Shown: positions 1 through 10,344 of the stretch, piece after piece
How positions within the stretch are numbered: position 1 is the first letter of the stretch
How the letters are laid out: each line of letters begins with the position of its first letter
Assembly (NCBI GenBank): GCA_963782525.1
Contig: CAWAKC010000007.1
Coordinates: 224,001-288,000, forward strand
Reading direction: 5' to 3'
Origin: Candidatus Bathyarchaeota archaeon
GTDB lineage: Archaea; Thermoproteota; Bathyarchaeia; Bathyarchaeales; Bathycorpusculaceae
Length of the DNA: 64,000 bases
Position numbers and translations under genes: made by a program
The notes under the pieces: model-generated
The model's input: only the letters and a program-made list of their open reading frames with translations
Told to the model about the DNA's origin: nothing
The model's database searches: none

Positions 1-66
1 TCATATCTTGTCTAAACAACGGCTTCTTGTGGTCCACATTTTTGCAGGAGTGAAACGGTGAACTAA

Positions 67-335
67 ATGGTATCTGTAGTAGCGGTGGGTTGTCATCCAG
101 ATGATGTTGAGAGCGGATGTTTTGGTACGTTAACTTTGTATAGGAAAATGAAAGCTGATGTCAAAATCCTTCTATTAACTGGGGGAGAAAATGGTGGAGA
201 CAAAGAGGTCTGGTTAAGGGCACCGAATCCGCATGTTCAGTTATAGGCGCAACTTTAGTCTATGCAGACTTCAAGGATGGCCAAATAAATCAAGATTTTA
301 CCAATCTAACCTGTTCTCCCCCAAAAAACCAGTCA
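67..335 (+). pseudogene. PIG-L/LmbE-family deacetylase, N-terminal fragment (frameshifted, truncated next to IS)
   Basis: ATG at 67 reads MVSVVAVGCHPDDVESGCFGTL...LLLTGGENGG (HPDD motif) and stops at 246. A shifted frame continues TESACSVIGATLVYADFKDGQI up to the IS end. Confidence 0.7.
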
Positions 336-340
336 AACAA

Positions 341-898
341 GTGAACTACTCGCCACTTTCGTGGCGAGCATCTCCAGAAAACCGCGTTCACTTAGTCGAG
401 TTTATTTTCTGTTGATGTATTCTTCGATTTCTGCGCCGGTAACGTCACCTGCAGTCCTCTCAGCGTAACCCTCTGACCACAAATGCCCACCCCAAAGATG
501 CTTCTTAATATCAGGAAACTCGACGAAAAGCACTCTAGCGGAAACGCATTTGAGAACACGCCTTATCTTAGGGATCGACACTTTTGTTGGAGCAGAAACA
601 AACACATGCACATGGTCGCCACCATGAACCCTGGCAACTAACAGTTGACAATCATTCTGATCAACAATCGTCTTAAGTACAGCTTCAAGCCTAACTTTAA
701 CTGAGCCCAAAAGTACCTTGCGCCGGTATTTAGTGGCCCAGATAAGGTGGTAGTTGACTTGGTAAGCACACGTCCGAGCTTTATCCAGTCTCTCATCCCC
801 TTATCCAACGGTGAGAAAACTAAACAAACGCCAAAAACATACGACTTACGGTACGAATACGCATTCATCCTGCCGCGTTAGCGGCAGGTATTCTGCTA
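341..898. mobile_element. IS200/IS605-family element lacking tnpB
   Basis: Terminal hairpins CTCGCCAC-TTTC-GTGGCGAG (349-368, preceded by TGAACTA) and CCTGCCGC-GTTA-GCGGCAGG (869-888, preceded by CATTCAT) flank tnpA. Confidence 0.85.
402..796 (-). pseudogene. tnpA: IS200-type Y1 HUH transposase TnpA with start out of frame
   Basis: The frame of ORF 402-710 extends upstream as RLDKARTCAYQVNYHLIWATKYRRKVL, with HUH motif DHVHVFV, LWSEGY and catalytic Tyr in EEYI. The ATG at 796 (ATGAGAGACTG) is out of frame by an extra GA. Confidence 0.85.
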
Positions 899-1082
899 TG
901 TTTTTTACAAACAACAGAGAGTGTTCTTATTACGGAAACTGCAATCGTGGAAGTTGAAAACAATAATTTACAGAATTTTGGATTGAGCGAAAAGAAGCTC
1001 ATACCTTTGCTACACGGGATTTTGCAGTGAAGCTCTTAAAGCAAGACATCAAATTCATTGCTCTTGATAGATCACGAAAAAA

Positions 1083-1943
1083 TTAGCGCAAACAAGTTCT
1101 TTTTAATATTGCAGAGCCTGTTTCCACTCCGACACCTTCGGCTATAATCGGGCACTTCACCTTCATAAGAAAAAACATTTCCTTATGTTGTATATCATTA
1201 AGAGATTCATAGTTACCTTGACCTTTACTAATCACGAGACTACTGGTTTCAAACTCCTCAAGAAACTCTGATGAGCACTCTCTAAACAGCACACCCGTGC
1301 AATCGGCTCCAATTGATATGACATTGGCAATCTTTGTGATCCCAGCTATTTCAGCATCTTGGAATGTTGCGTCATTCAGAATAGGAGCATCCTTGACTGC
1401 ATAAATCACCTCCACATTCTGCCTCAACAACTCTTCTATCAGTATCCTGTCAAAAACTGTTTCTCCAGCGTTATCTGCAAGATACAACACTTGTTTAGAC
1501 CCAAGAAGTGACCCTTTCAGCTTGCCTACATCGTTTATAGCAAGATCATTACTTAACATGTCTTCAACATCTTTTTCCAAGTTTATGTCCACCTTTGGCC
1601 CGAAATCTATTATGTTGCCAGTAATAGCTACCTTAGCCGCAGCAAGTAATGGATCATCCGCAGCTTCAACAATAGCGGCAAGTTTCGGATAAAGCTCCAA
1701 GGCAGCATGATTATATTTCCCCTTCAACTGGCTATACGGATCAGCGTTGCCTGTGACTTTTTTAATGATTCTGTGCACGTTTGTGGCAAGCTCAGGCGTA
1801 GTTCTATCCCATTGCGCGTTTGAAAGATAATTCATTACTTCTCTAAGAGCAGCCTCTCGCGTAGCCATATCAGTAGAACTCATTTTGGTTGCATCTAACG
1901 CTTGTCTTAACAAGCAAGGAATACACTCAAGATGCACTTTCAC
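1083..1943 (-). CDS. DUF89/ARMT1-like damage-control phosphatase
   Basis: ECIPCL N-terminus, GNIIDFG, YLADNAGE, SKGQGNYES, KVKC motifs. Confidence 0.9.
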   Translation of the reverse strand: MKVHLECIPCLLRQALDATKMSSTDMATREAALREVMNYLSNAQWDRTTPELATNVHRIIKKVTGNADPYSQLKGKYNHAALELYPKLAAIVEAADDPLLAAAKVAITGNIIDFGPKVDINLEKDVEDMLSNDLAINDVGKLKGSLLGSKQVLYLADNAGETVFDRILIEELLRQNVEVIYAVKDAPILNDATFQDAEIAGITKIANVISIGADCTGVLFRECSSEFLEEFETSSLVISKGQGNYESLNDIQHKEMFFLMKVKCPIIAEGVGVETGSAILKRTCLR

Positions 1944-2932
1944 TTTTCAGCTCCTCCTCTATTCGGCAGCTTCCGCATATAATACCTGTTTCCTTCACAC
2001 TCAAGCTCTACAAGTTTGTCTGCAGCCAGAAGTTTCTCAATGATTCGCCAACCTGAATTTGATTTCCTTAAGAACTCCGTAACTGCTTCGTACCGCATGG
2101 GATGTACAGCCATTATGCTCAACAAATCTTCTTCAACATCCCCAATAAACGCAAATGTATTTCCTTCATAACCAATTAAATATTCAACTCTGTCAACGCC
2201 AAGCTTTTCAGAGAAAAGCTGAAAGGCAGCATTTATAACTTCTTCTCGGGCAGGTTTAACCCAATTCTCTGCTGGCGGTCTAGTAGGAACTGCAATATAT
2301 GCTCTATTTAGTTTTTTCAAACTTGCCAAAAAAGTTGCTATTCCTTCAAATTCGTTTCCGTAATCGATATCATCCAGAAGCATAGTTTCAGTTACAATCG
2401 TTCCCTTAAATGCCTCTGCAAAATCTTGGATGCCCGTCAGAATCGCGCTTAATTCTAAGTCTTTATGAGGTCTGTCAATCTTTCTCCACAAAGCGTTGCT
2501 GATAGCATCTACCTTTAAAGAAACATAATCAGCCTTTAGCAAATCTTGCCTAACATCTTTTAACCAGAGTATTGAAGCGTTAGTTAAGACAGCTATAGGA
2601 ATACCCATTCGCCTTAGAAGCGATATTTCTTGACCTATGTTAACATCTAGGGTTGGCTCTCCATCCGACACAAAAGTGAGATAATCAATTTGCTCATTCC
2701 GCTCGGTGGCATTGGCAACTTTTCGCTGAACTTCGTTCAAAATTTCGCATGGCTGGTAGAAGACTTGACGTTCAACAACATTTGCGTTGGTTTTTCCCAG
2801 CTGGCAATAGACACATGAATAGCTGCACGTCTTTGGGGGTATGTTATTTATTCCTAAGCTTTTTCCCAGACGTCTGGATGGAACAGGACCAAAAGCAATG
2901 GACATTGAATCAGATAGTGTATTCATTTCCAA
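1940..2932 (-). CDS. Radical SAM protein (COG0731/TYW1-like family)
   Basis: FGPVPSRRLGKSLGIN, CSYSCVYC, DGEPTL. Confidence 0.9.
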   Translation of the reverse strand: MEMNTLSDSMSIAFGPVPSRRLGKSLGINNIPPKTCSYSCVYCQLGKTNANVVERQVFYQPCEILNEVQRKVANATERNEQIDYLTFVSDGEPTLDVNIGQEISLLRRMGIPIAVLTNASILWLKDVRQDLLKADYVSLKVDAISNALWRKIDRPHKDLELSAILTGIQDFAEAFKGTIVTETMLLDDIDYGNEFEGIATFLASLKKLNRAYIAVPTRPPAENWVKPAREEVINAAFQLFSEKLGVDRVEYLIGYEGNTFAFIGDVEEDLLSIMAVHPMRYEAVTEFLRKSNSGWRIIEKLLAADKLVELECEGNRYYMRKLPNRGGAEK

Positions 2933-3126
2933 GACTTTGTTGCCTCATTTTTCTTGTTTGCTCTTTCAACTGAGCAGGTGTACATTTCAGCGATTTCTTT
3001 TCGACACATGCATCCGTGTTTGGTTTTCCCAATTTAGATAAGCTAATTATTGAGCCATAACCATTTGTTTGGCTTTTGCTCATTTTCACCACGGTATCTG
3101 TTGCTTGTTTAAATTATTTCAAAAAT

Positions 3127-3172
3127 GTTTAATAGCTAAACATTATTAATAGTTTCTGTTTATAAAACAAAC
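3127..3172. promoter_or_regulatory. Operator-TATA-operator module, copy 1
   Basis: GTTTAATAGCTAAAC ... TTATTAATA ... GTTTATAAAACAAAC; 41/46 identical to 13834-13879. Confidence 0.8.
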
Positions 3173-4498
3173 ATGAGCTTAGTCGGAGATCAAACAATGG
3201 ATAACCTTAACGGGAAACAGAACAAACCAAGCGTTTACGATTCACGGGCAAATTGGCCACCCTACACCTACCGAGATTACCCAAACATAAAAGCTGAAAC
3301 GTACAAGGCCTTCACGGAGTTCTTGAATACGGAGAACACGTCAGGTAGACTCATGGAGTTGCAGCCGTGGATTTCAATCTGCGATTCAAAATGCGCGTTT
3401 TGTTATTTCCCAACGACAGCTACAAACAAGGTGCAGATAGAGACGTATCTTCAACTGTTAAAGAAAGAACTGGAAATGTATGCTAAAACAAAGTATGTCA
3501 AGACAAGCATGTTTGACGAGATAGTTTTGGGCGGCGGAACCCCAAGCGTACTCACATCTGAGCAGATGATTGATCTCATAGACTTTTGCAAATCAAACTT
3601 CCCCATAAACAAAGAATACTTCATAAAAGTCTCCGGTTCCTCCAAGACGTTGGCTCTCAAGAAAATTGATAAACTCGCCGAATACGGCGTTTACCAATTG
3701 GATATGGGTGCCCAAACATTTGATGACAAAATCCGAAAACTAATGTGCCTGCCCGACTCCGCGGCAAGCGTGGAAAACGCAATTAAACACGCACGCAAAC
3801 TCGGCTTATGTGTATGCGTTGACTTCATGTACAACTTTCCAACTCAAACAATGGAAAGCTGGATAAACACGCTTAAAAAAGCCATAGAGTTAGATGTAGA
3901 AATTGACGCTTACTCGTTGCACGTTGACTCTGGTACTCCGCTTGAGAAAATGATTAAAACGGGTGTGCTTCCTCCGCCTGGCGACGCGGAATACGAGAAG
4001 GAAATGTACTTGGCTGCGTACAAGCTTTTGACCGAAGCAGGATACAAAGCAGTGGGTCACGACCGCTACAGCCGAGTGGAATGGCACATGCGTGAGAACT
4101 GCCTCAACGGCTGGCCTTGGGGCGGAATCCTCACCACAGGTGCAGGCTGCTTCATGGGTTACCTGCAACGGTTCTCGTACTCTAACATAGATAACGTAAA
4201 TGATTACATGGCAACCGTTAGCTCTGGCAAACTGCCCATTCAACGGCTTTGCGAATCCACGGATGACGACATGATGCGGCGAGAAATGAGCAGGCTTTAT
4301 TTGCGGTTGCCCGTGAGTAAAAAGGAGTTTTTGGAGAAATTCGGCAAACTTCCCGAAGATGTCTTCCCACAGCAGCTGAAGAACCTTAAGGCTAAGGGCT
4401 TAATCGAGGTTGACGGCAAAGAAGTTCGTTTGACTAAGCAGGGTGAAGTGTGGAAGGGCAACATTGCTTGGGAATTCGCACCCACAACTGCTAAATAA
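3173..4498 (+). CDS. HemN/HemW-like (class C) radical SAM protein
   Basis: CDSKCAFCYF, LGGGTPS, GAQTFDD, DFMYNFPTQT, G-GA motif, C-terminal HemN_C-like RLTKQG. Confidence 0.85.
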   Translation: MSLVGDQTMDNLNGKQNKPSVYDSRANWPPYTYRDYPNIKAETYKAFTEFLNTENTSGRLMELQPWISICDSKCAFCYFPTTATNKVQIETYLQLLKKELEMYAKTKYVKTSMFDEIVLGGGTPSVLTSEQMIDLIDFCKSNFPINKEYFIKVSGSSKTLALKKIDKLAEYGVYQLDMGAQTFDDKIRKLMCLPDSAASVENAIKHARKLGLCVCVDFMYNFPTQTMESWINTLKKAIELDVEIDAYSLHVDSGTPLEKMIKTGVLPPPGDAEYEKEMYLAAYKLLTEAGYKAVGHDRYSRVEWHMRENCLNGWPWGGILTTGAGCFMGYLQRFSYSNIDNVNDYMATVSSGKLPIQRLCESTDDDMMRREMSRLYLRLPVSKKEFLEKFGKLPEDVFPQQLKNLKAKGLIEVDGKEVRLTKQGEVWKGNIAWEFAPTTAK

Positions 4499-4521
4499 AA
4501 AAAACAGATAGCGAGACTATG

Positions 4522-5097
4522 CTACTTTGAAGTCTTTGTTAGTAACCCATTTTTTGCAGATACAAAAACAGCGGCTGCAATAGTTGTTGTCCAAAAACCA
4601 TTCTTGTCTCCAGTGGCTGACTGCGTAATATTAGCTGTCTTTATAATTAGCCCCGTTGTTTTGAAGAGTTGTTTGCGTTCATCCCAAGCAGTTTTAGGAT
4701 CAAACTGGATACCCATAGTAGTAGCTAACATAGTAGCGGCTAGGTCTTCTGCATATTCCCCTGCAGCTTCATCCGTTTGCCCAAAGGAGTGGTGTTCACT
4801 GAGATAGCCGTACTGGTTTTTCTCCGATGGGATGGCAACACCGATAGATGATACAAGCAATCTATGTGGTTCCATAGCGGAGTTTCTAGCCAGAACCACA
4901 TAGGTGATTTCTCCGGGCTGCAACATCTTCAAACCCTGCTCTTGTGAAATCAATTTGCATCCAGCCGGAACTATGCTTGAAACATTCACAAGGTTACAAT
5001 ACTGAATGCCCGCATCTCTTAACGCAAGCTCAAAAGACTGCAATTGGTCTCTGTGTTTGCCGACACCCTTAGTCAGAAAAAATAATTCAGGTATCAT
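4522..5097 (-). CDS. pdaD: Pyruvoyl-dependent arginine decarboxylase
   Basis: [21 protein letters not shown] autocleavage site, GYLSEHH. Confidence 0.92.
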   Translation of the reverse strand: MIPELFFLTKGVGKHRDQLQSFELALRDAGIQYCNLVNVSSIVPAGCKLISQEQGLKMLQPGEITYVVLARNSAMEPHRLLVSSIGVAIPSEKNQYGYLSEHHSFGQTDEAAGEYAEDLAATMLATTMGIQFDPKTAWDERKQLFKTTGLIIKTANITQSATGDKNGFWTTTIAAAVFVSAKNGLLTKTSK

Positions 5098-5968
5098 GAT
5101 TTCCTGCTCCTAGAAATTCACTCATCTTGTTCCACATGTTCTTTATTTCGTCCGATACACCACTCTTGGGCGAGTATTCAACAACTGTTTTTCCATTAAC
5201 CATCGCTTGAGTAACTTCAGGGCTAAAGGGAATGATTCCCACAACTTCAATTCTGTTTTCCTTGCAGAAACTCAAAATCTTGTTAGTATTGCCCGTGTTT
5301 ACATCGTACATGTTTATGCAAACAAAGGGAGCAACATTAAAATGGTCTAGCAGTTGCAGGACTCTTTCAAGATCATGGATACCAGAAAGGGTCGGTTCAG
5401 TAATCACCAACGCAGCATCTACCCCAGTAATAGAAGCTATAACGGGACAGCCAATTCCCGGTGAACCATCGATAATAATTAGATCGCACTTTGCCTTCTC
5501 GGCAAGTATTTTGGCGTTCTGCCTAACCAGAGTGACAAGTTTTCCAGAATTCGACTCACCTGGATGAAGCAGGGCATGCGACATGAAACCATATTTAGTC
5601 TTTGAAATATAGGCCTCTCCAGACACCCTTTCAGCCAAAGTTATAGCATTTTTTGGGCAAACAACTGCGCAGACTCCGCACCCTTCGCAGGCAATAACGT
5701 CAACATTCAAATTACTAGTTATAGCGTCGAAGATACATTTCTCTTTGCATAAACCGCATTTGACACATTTTGTTTCGTCGATGACAGCTACCTTTGACCC
5801 TTTAAACTCTTGCGCTTTAATTATTTCGGGATGCAGAAGCATGTGAAGGTCAGGCGCGTCCACATCACAGTCAGCGACTACAGCGTTTTTTGCCAGAACA
5901 GCAAAAGAAGCGGTTATTGATGTTTTGCCAGTGCCGCCCTTGCCGCTTAACACAGTTAACTGCTTCAT
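5087..5968 (-). CDS. MinD-superfamily P-loop ATPase with inserted 4Fe-4S ferredoxin (COG1149)
   Basis: [18 protein letters not shown], two CxxCxxCxxxC motifs, [13 protein letters not shown]. Confidence 0.9.
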   Translation of the reverse strand: MKQLTVLSGKGGTGKTSITASFAVLAKNAVVADCDVDAPDLHMLLHPEIIKAQEFKGSKVAVIDETKCVKCGLCKEKCIFDAITSNLNVDVIACEGCGVCAVVCPKNAITLAERVSGEAYISKTKYGFMSHALLHPGESNSGKLVTLVRQNAKILAEKAKCDLIIIDGSPGIGCPVIASITGVDAALVITEPTLSGIHDLERVLQLLDHFNVAPFVCINMYDVNTGNTNKILSFCKENRIEVVGIIPFSPEVTQAMVNGKTVVEYSPKSGVSDEIKNMWNKMSEFLGAGNHDT

Positions 5969-6801
5969 TTTGTGGCTAACACCTTGATTTTATTGTAGAG
6001 CACTTGAAATTTATCTGCCCACTCAGGCATTTCCAAGCTAAACGGAATACCTTTAGAGTAGAGTTCAGCTATTCGTCTTTCATAAGGAATTTCCAAAAGA
6101 ATACGGATGCTCTCTTTTCCACAGTAATCATACACTTTTTTGTCACCTATGCCAGCGCGGTTAATAACTACACCAAAAGGAATCCCAACTTTTCGCAAAA
6201 CCTCAACTGCTATCTTCAAGTCATGTAAACCAAAAGGAGTAGGTTCAGTCACTAAAATACAGAAGTCACTGCCTCTAACAGTTTCCACAAATGGGCATGA
6301 GGTTCCAGGCGGAGAATCAAGAATCACATTTTTCTCCTCTGTAATCTGTTTTTTAACAGCTTTTATGACTGGAACAGCCATAGGCTTGCCTACTTCAAGC
6401 TCCCCATAAACAAGAGCCACTCCGTCAGTTGCACCAAAATTCAGCGTACCGATTTTGTGCTTTTCCCAAGTAATTGCCTTTCTTGGGCAAACCATAGCGC
6501 ATCCACCGCAGCTATGGCAGAGCTCTGGAAAAACAAGAATTTTCTCGGAGGCTACAAATATAGCGTTAAACTGGCAGAATTTTGTGCATTCCCCACAAGT
6601 GTTACAAAGGGTTCTATCTACTTTCGGGATTAAAGTGTAAACTGCTTCTTTTTTAGTCATTTCAGGATGCAAAAGCAGATATGCATTGGGCTCTTCAATG
6701 TCACAATCCAAAAGTTGAACGTTACCTACTGAAAGAGCCAGGTTTACCGCTACCGATGTTTTTCCCGTTCCACCTTTTCCACTAGCAACAGACACAATCA
6801 T
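5965..6801 (-). CDS. MinD-superfamily P-loop ATPase with inserted 4Fe-4S ferredoxin (COG1149), partner paralog
   Basis: [28 protein letters not shown] / CHSCGGCAMVC, DSPPGTSCP. Confidence 0.9.
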   Translation of the reverse strand: MIVSVASGKGGTGKTSVAVNLALSVGNVQLLDCDIEEPNAYLLLHPEMTKKEAVYTLIPKVDRTLCNTCGECTKFCQFNAIFVASEKILVFPELCHSCGGCAMVCPRKAITWEKHKIGTLNFGATDGVALVYGELEVGKPMAVPVIKAVKKQITEEKNVILDSPPGTSCPFVETVRGSDFCILVTEPTPFGLHDLKIAVEVLRKVGIPFGVVINRAGIGDKKVYDYCGKESIRILLEIPYERRIAELYSKGIPFSLEMPEWADKFQVLYNKIKVLATK

Positions 6802-6844
6802 TTACTTACCTCTGAATATACACTTAAGAAAAAAATGGAGTTGA

Positions 6845-7237
6845 CTATATCTCTGAGCGTCCCTTTAGTTTTTCATACTCGGCGATTGCCTTTCGCAACG
6901 TTTTTATAGACAGCGTTGCGCAGTCGTGCTTTAACTTTGGCAAACCTCCAAGTTCATCCAATAGGGATTCTTCCGTCATCTTCTTCGCTTGATTAACAGT
7001 CTTGTCTTTCAAGAGCGTAGTCATAGCAGACGCTGAAGCAGCCGAACCAGGGCAGCCTAAATAAAAGAACGTGGCGCCTTCTATTTTGTCTTTTTTGTTG
7101 ATCTTTAGATATAGTTTTATGAGGTCGCCGCATGGACCAAGAAAAGTAGTGACAACACTAGGGTTCTCTAATGTGCCTACGTTAACATTGTTCACGTATA
7201 GATCGATTGCTTTCTTAGAGTACCCTGACTCAATCAT
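6845..7237 (-). CDS. NifU/IscU-like Fe-S scaffold
   Basis: GPCGD, GCPGSAASAS, KHDCA cysteines; frame is open upstream to an ACG at 7273. Confidence 0.88.
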   Translation of the reverse strand: MIESGYSKKAIDLYVNNVNVGTLENPSVVTTFLGPCGDLIKLYLKINKKDKIEGATFFYLGCPGSAASASAMTTLLKDKTVNQAKKMTEESLLDELGGLPKLKHDCATLSIKTLRKAIAEYEKLKGRSEI

Positions 7238-7315
7238 CAGTTTCAGTTCTTCGTCTGATAGTTTCCGTGACGTTTTTCCACCTCCAGAGCCACATCATCA
7301 CCATTGATTTCCACA

Positions 7316-7708
7316 TTAATGGTGATGCTCATGATGTTCATGTTGTTCATGCCCACAACCTTCGGTAAGCTCTTGGAGCTTGTCGTCTTTATAGGCGGCA
7401 ACCACTTTGTCAACCGTGTCTTCATTGGATCTTAGCACTGCAACTCCTGCGTTCTTAAAAATATCAATAGCCTTAAACCCCATATCATGGACAATTACGG
7501 CAGTCGGTTTCAACTCCAAAATGTGGTCTGGTGCAACACCTACGCCACCTGCATGCTCGCTAACGTTTGGAACAGACTTAACGTTTGAAACTTCACCTTT
7601 CTCGTCAAAGTCAACAACGGTATAGTATGGAGCTCTTCCAAAATGCTCTGCTAAACTTGCTTTCAAGCCATTTTGATCTTCTGAAGGGATTACTATTCTA
7701 TCTGTCAA
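7316..7708 (-). CDS. NifB/NifX-family (FeMo-cofactor-binding-like) protein with His-rich tail
   Basis: HFGRAPYY motif; C-terminus CGHEQHEHHEHHH. Confidence 0.88.
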   Translation of the reverse strand: MTDRIVIPSEDQNGLKASLAEHFGRAPYYTVVDFDEKGEVSNVKSVPNVSEHAGGVGVAPDHILELKPTAVIVHDMGFKAIDIFKNAGVAVLRSNEDTVDKVVAAYKDDKLQELTEGCGHEQHEHHEHHH

Positions 7709-7790
7709 TTACCTCACACCTCCATTTCTATTAACTCGAACATGTTCTTAGTTTGCTTAGTCGAAACTCGGTTTAATTTGTTTATGTGCT

Positions 7791-8177
7791 TCATCTTCCC
7801 CCGCCTCGCCCTCGGCCCATTCCGGAATGTTCGCCCACTGTAGGCGTGCCAGTTTTTCCATACTCGCCTTTCTTGAACTTTTCAACAACATCTTTGACAG
7901 TTCCGGATGCGCCGGTCACAATTTCTATGCCAGCCGCTGACAATGCCCCGAAGGCGTTAGGTCCAACATTTCCAGTTATGACCACTTTGACACCTTTGTT
8001 TGCTATGGTTTGTGCTGCTTGGATTCCTGCGCCGCCTGTTGCGCCTGCAGCCATGTTTGGAATTGCTTCAAACTGCATTGTTTCAGAATCCACAACTATA
8101 AGGTAGGGGCATCTACCGAAGCGAGGATCTAACTGCGCTTCCAAATTGTCTGCTGTTGCACTTACACATATTTTCAT
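7791..8177 (-). CDS. NifB/NifX-family protein with Gly/Arg tail
   Basis: RFGRCPY, GAGIQAAQ, TGNVGPNA, GMGRGRGGGR. Confidence 0.9.
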   Translation of the reverse strand: MKICVSATADNLEAQLDPRFGRCPYLIVVDSETMQFEAIPNMAAGATGGAGIQAAQTIANKGVKVVITGNVGPNAFGALSAAGIEIVTGASGTVKDVVEKFKKGEYGKTGTPTVGEHSGMGRGRGGGR

Positions 8178-9115
8178 TTTTTTATCTCCTTATAATGATG
8201 AGTACCCGTATTTTCTAAGAATAGGTCAATCTTCTGGACAATCTCCATGAACGCCTTAGCTGCAGGAGAGGTTTTGTTTTCAGTAATGAAAGTCAATCCG
8301 TTGTCTGAGTCGTTACAGATGCTAGGGTCTATTGGAATACTGCCTAAGAGAGGAACTGACATCTCTTCAGCTATCTTTTTCCCTCCACCGGTTTTAAAAA
8401 TGTTAACTTTAGCTCCGCATTCAGGACAGACAAAACCACTCATGTTCTCAACTATGCCGATTATAGGTACGCCTATTTGCTTGGCAAACGTGACGGCCTT
8501 TTTGACTACGCCTTGCGAAACTTCAGAAGGCATAGTCACAATGACGACGCCGTCCATGTCTGGAATCAACTGGGCAACGCTCAATGATTCGTCTCCAGTT
8601 CCAGGCGGCAGGTCGATGAATAAATAGTCCAGTTCTCCCCATGTTACGTCAGATAGAAATTGTTGGATAGCTTTCATTTTCAATGGACCGCGCCAAATAA
8701 CAGGTGCTTCATCGTTTGGAAGAAAAAAATCCATTGATACAACTTTTATTCCTAGTTTGCCAGTAACTGGAAACATCATTCCCCCTGGCCCGCCTACAAG
8801 CGTCTGCCCTTTAAGGCCAAGCATCTTTGGAATACATGGACCGTGAATATCTGCATCAAGAACCCCGACTTTATCTTTGTGACCTTGCAATGCGAAGGCC
8901 ATGGCAAGATTTGCGGTTACGGTGCTTTTGCCAACGCCACCCTTGCCGCTGATAATTGCTACTTTATGCTTAATTTTGCTCAGTTTCAATTTTAGTTTTT
9001 GCTCTTGTTCATACTGTTGCTTTCTCTGATCCTCGCAACCGTCAGATGTTGAGCATGAATTGCATTTCCCGTCACATTCCTCAGCGACGTTCACCTGCTT
9101 CGTTGTATTTGTCAT
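8174..9115 (-). CDS. Mrp/NBP35 Fe-S carrier ATPase
   Basis: N-terminal CDGKCNSC, SGKGGVGKST, DADIHGP, WRGP, DLPPGTGD, ENMS..CPEC. Confidence 0.93.
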   Translation of the reverse strand: MTNTTKQVNVAEECDGKCNSCSTSDGCEDQRKQQYEQEQKLKLKLSKIKHKVAIISGKGGVGKSTVTANLAMAFALQGHKDKVGVLDADIHGPCIPKMLGLKGQTLVGGPGGMMFPVTGKLGIKVVSMDFFLPNDEAPVIWRGPLKMKAIQQFLSDVTWGELDYLFIDLPPGTGDESLSVAQLIPDMDGVVIVTMPSEVSQGVVKKAVTFAKQIGVPIIGIVENMSGFVCPECGAKVNIFKTGGGKKIAEEMSVPLLGSIPIDPSICNDSDNGLTFITENKTSPAAKAFMEIVQKIDLFLENTGTHHYKEIKK

Positions 9116-9140
9116 TTTTTCACCGTCTAATGCGGAATTA

Positions 9141-9186
9141 GTATATTAGGTAAATAATATTAATACCTTTTGTTTATAAAATAAAC
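9141..9186. promoter_or_regulatory. Operator-TATA-operator module, copy 2
   Basis: GTATATTAGGTAAAT ... TATTAATA ... GTTTATAAAATAAAC; 38/46 identical to 13834-13879; upstream of the Mrp operon. Confidence 0.75.
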
Positions 9187-9616
9187 TAAGTCATTTAGTC
9201 TATAACACTTGGTAACAGTAATACTTCATCAATAGATTCACAGAGTCTATTGCCAATTTCACTTTTCTTGAAATCACAACACCCTTCCAGTCTGTTTTAG
9301 TTACACTTCCTCTGAGCATTCATTATTAAAATTTCACAAATGGAGATATCATACATTGTTACATAATCCTGTGGACTTTCAAGTTGAAACATCGCTCTAG
9401 ATTTAGAGGCCCAGAAACCCTCCTTATTGGGCGTATTAAGTTTCTCTGACATGAAATAGCGCGCTGCCTTGTCCCGATATTAGGTGTCAAAGTAGGTTAA
9501 CTATGATCAAAGGAATCATAATATTACAGGTTTATGAGGGGTTGTAGTTGGAGGGTTACAGTCACACGTAGTTATATTATCGTGCGCGTTAATTCAACTA
9601 TAAAAGATGATATTAT

Positions 9617-9787
9617 ATGGCACACTGTCATGATATGAAAATAGGTCAGGTTTATTTTTGTGAAGAATGTGGACTCGAACTAAAGGTTGAAAAGAACTGC
9701 ACTGTAGACGGTAACCACCCCAAAGGAGTATCTTGTACTCGTTGCGTTCATGTCTGCTGCAACAAAGATATGAAATTAAAAGCGTAA
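9617..9787 (+). CDS. Small Cys-rich desulforedoxin-like metalloprotein (56 aa, absent from the ORF track)
   Basis: MAHCHDMKIGQVYFCEECGLELKVEKNCTVDGNHPKGVSCTRCVHVCCNKDMKLKA; YxCxxCG...CCxxxM pattern. Confidence 0.75.
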   Translation: MAHCHDMKIGQVYFCEECGLELKVEKNCTVDGNHPKGVSCTRCVHVCCNKDMKLKA

Positions 9788-9802
9788 TCAAGCGTTGATG
9801 AT

Positions 9803-9907
9803 ATGTGTGAAGATGTTCCGAAGAAAGATGGTTCTGGAAAAGGTAGAGGGCAGCTTGGGAAAGGTTGCGATAGGAAGCCGCGAAAGAGAAAAGGAAAGAA
9901 TCAATAA
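9803..9907 (+). CDS. Possible 34-aa basic Gly-rich peptide (DUF5320-like start) or remnant
   Basis: MCEDVPKKDGSGKGRGQLGKGCDRKPRKRKGKNQ, directly after the Cys-rich ORF. Confidence 0.3.
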   Translation: MCEDVPKKDGSGKGRGQLGKGCDRKPRKRKGKNQ

Positions 9908-10344
9908 AGTTATCGAGCTTAGGCATATCTGCAACAACAGCTGGACTTTTCGGGCGAGGCACCTTCTACTCTAAAGTTCACAACGCGCGAAATACTCTCA
10001 TGAAGAGTTAATGCTTCGAGAATCAAAACCATCATCTGAACTATTTCGGTAAAGAAAAAAGGGATAGCGGAGACTTCGCGTGCGTAAATATAACAGTCTT
10101 GGCATAAAACTTATACATGAAAATTATGGGAGTCTCCCTCTTTGAGGATTACCCTACAACTACCACACTGAATGCAGATAATCACTTTAATTATACTTCC
10201 CTTTGTTTATTTCCCTTGCGCTTCAGCTGTCAAAACATCCAGCATAACTACACATTCGGCTTTTAAAGCATAAGCAACACGAGCTTATTTGAAATGGACA
10301 AAATTATTCAGCCACACGCCTCGTTGAAGAGCAGGAACTGTTAG

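Noticed and set aside
2910-3092. 60-aa ORF upstream of the radical SAM gene
   Set aside because: No recognisable family and it overlaps the next start; it may be a decayed small gene but cannot be supported.
5965-8177. Nitrogen fixation genes
   Set aside because: NifX-like, NifU-like and COG1149 genes are common in non-diazotrophic anaerobes; no nifHDK is present.
9594-9962. 122-aa minus-strand ORF
   Set aside because: Antisense shadow of the more convincing plus-strand Cys-rich ORF; no motifs.
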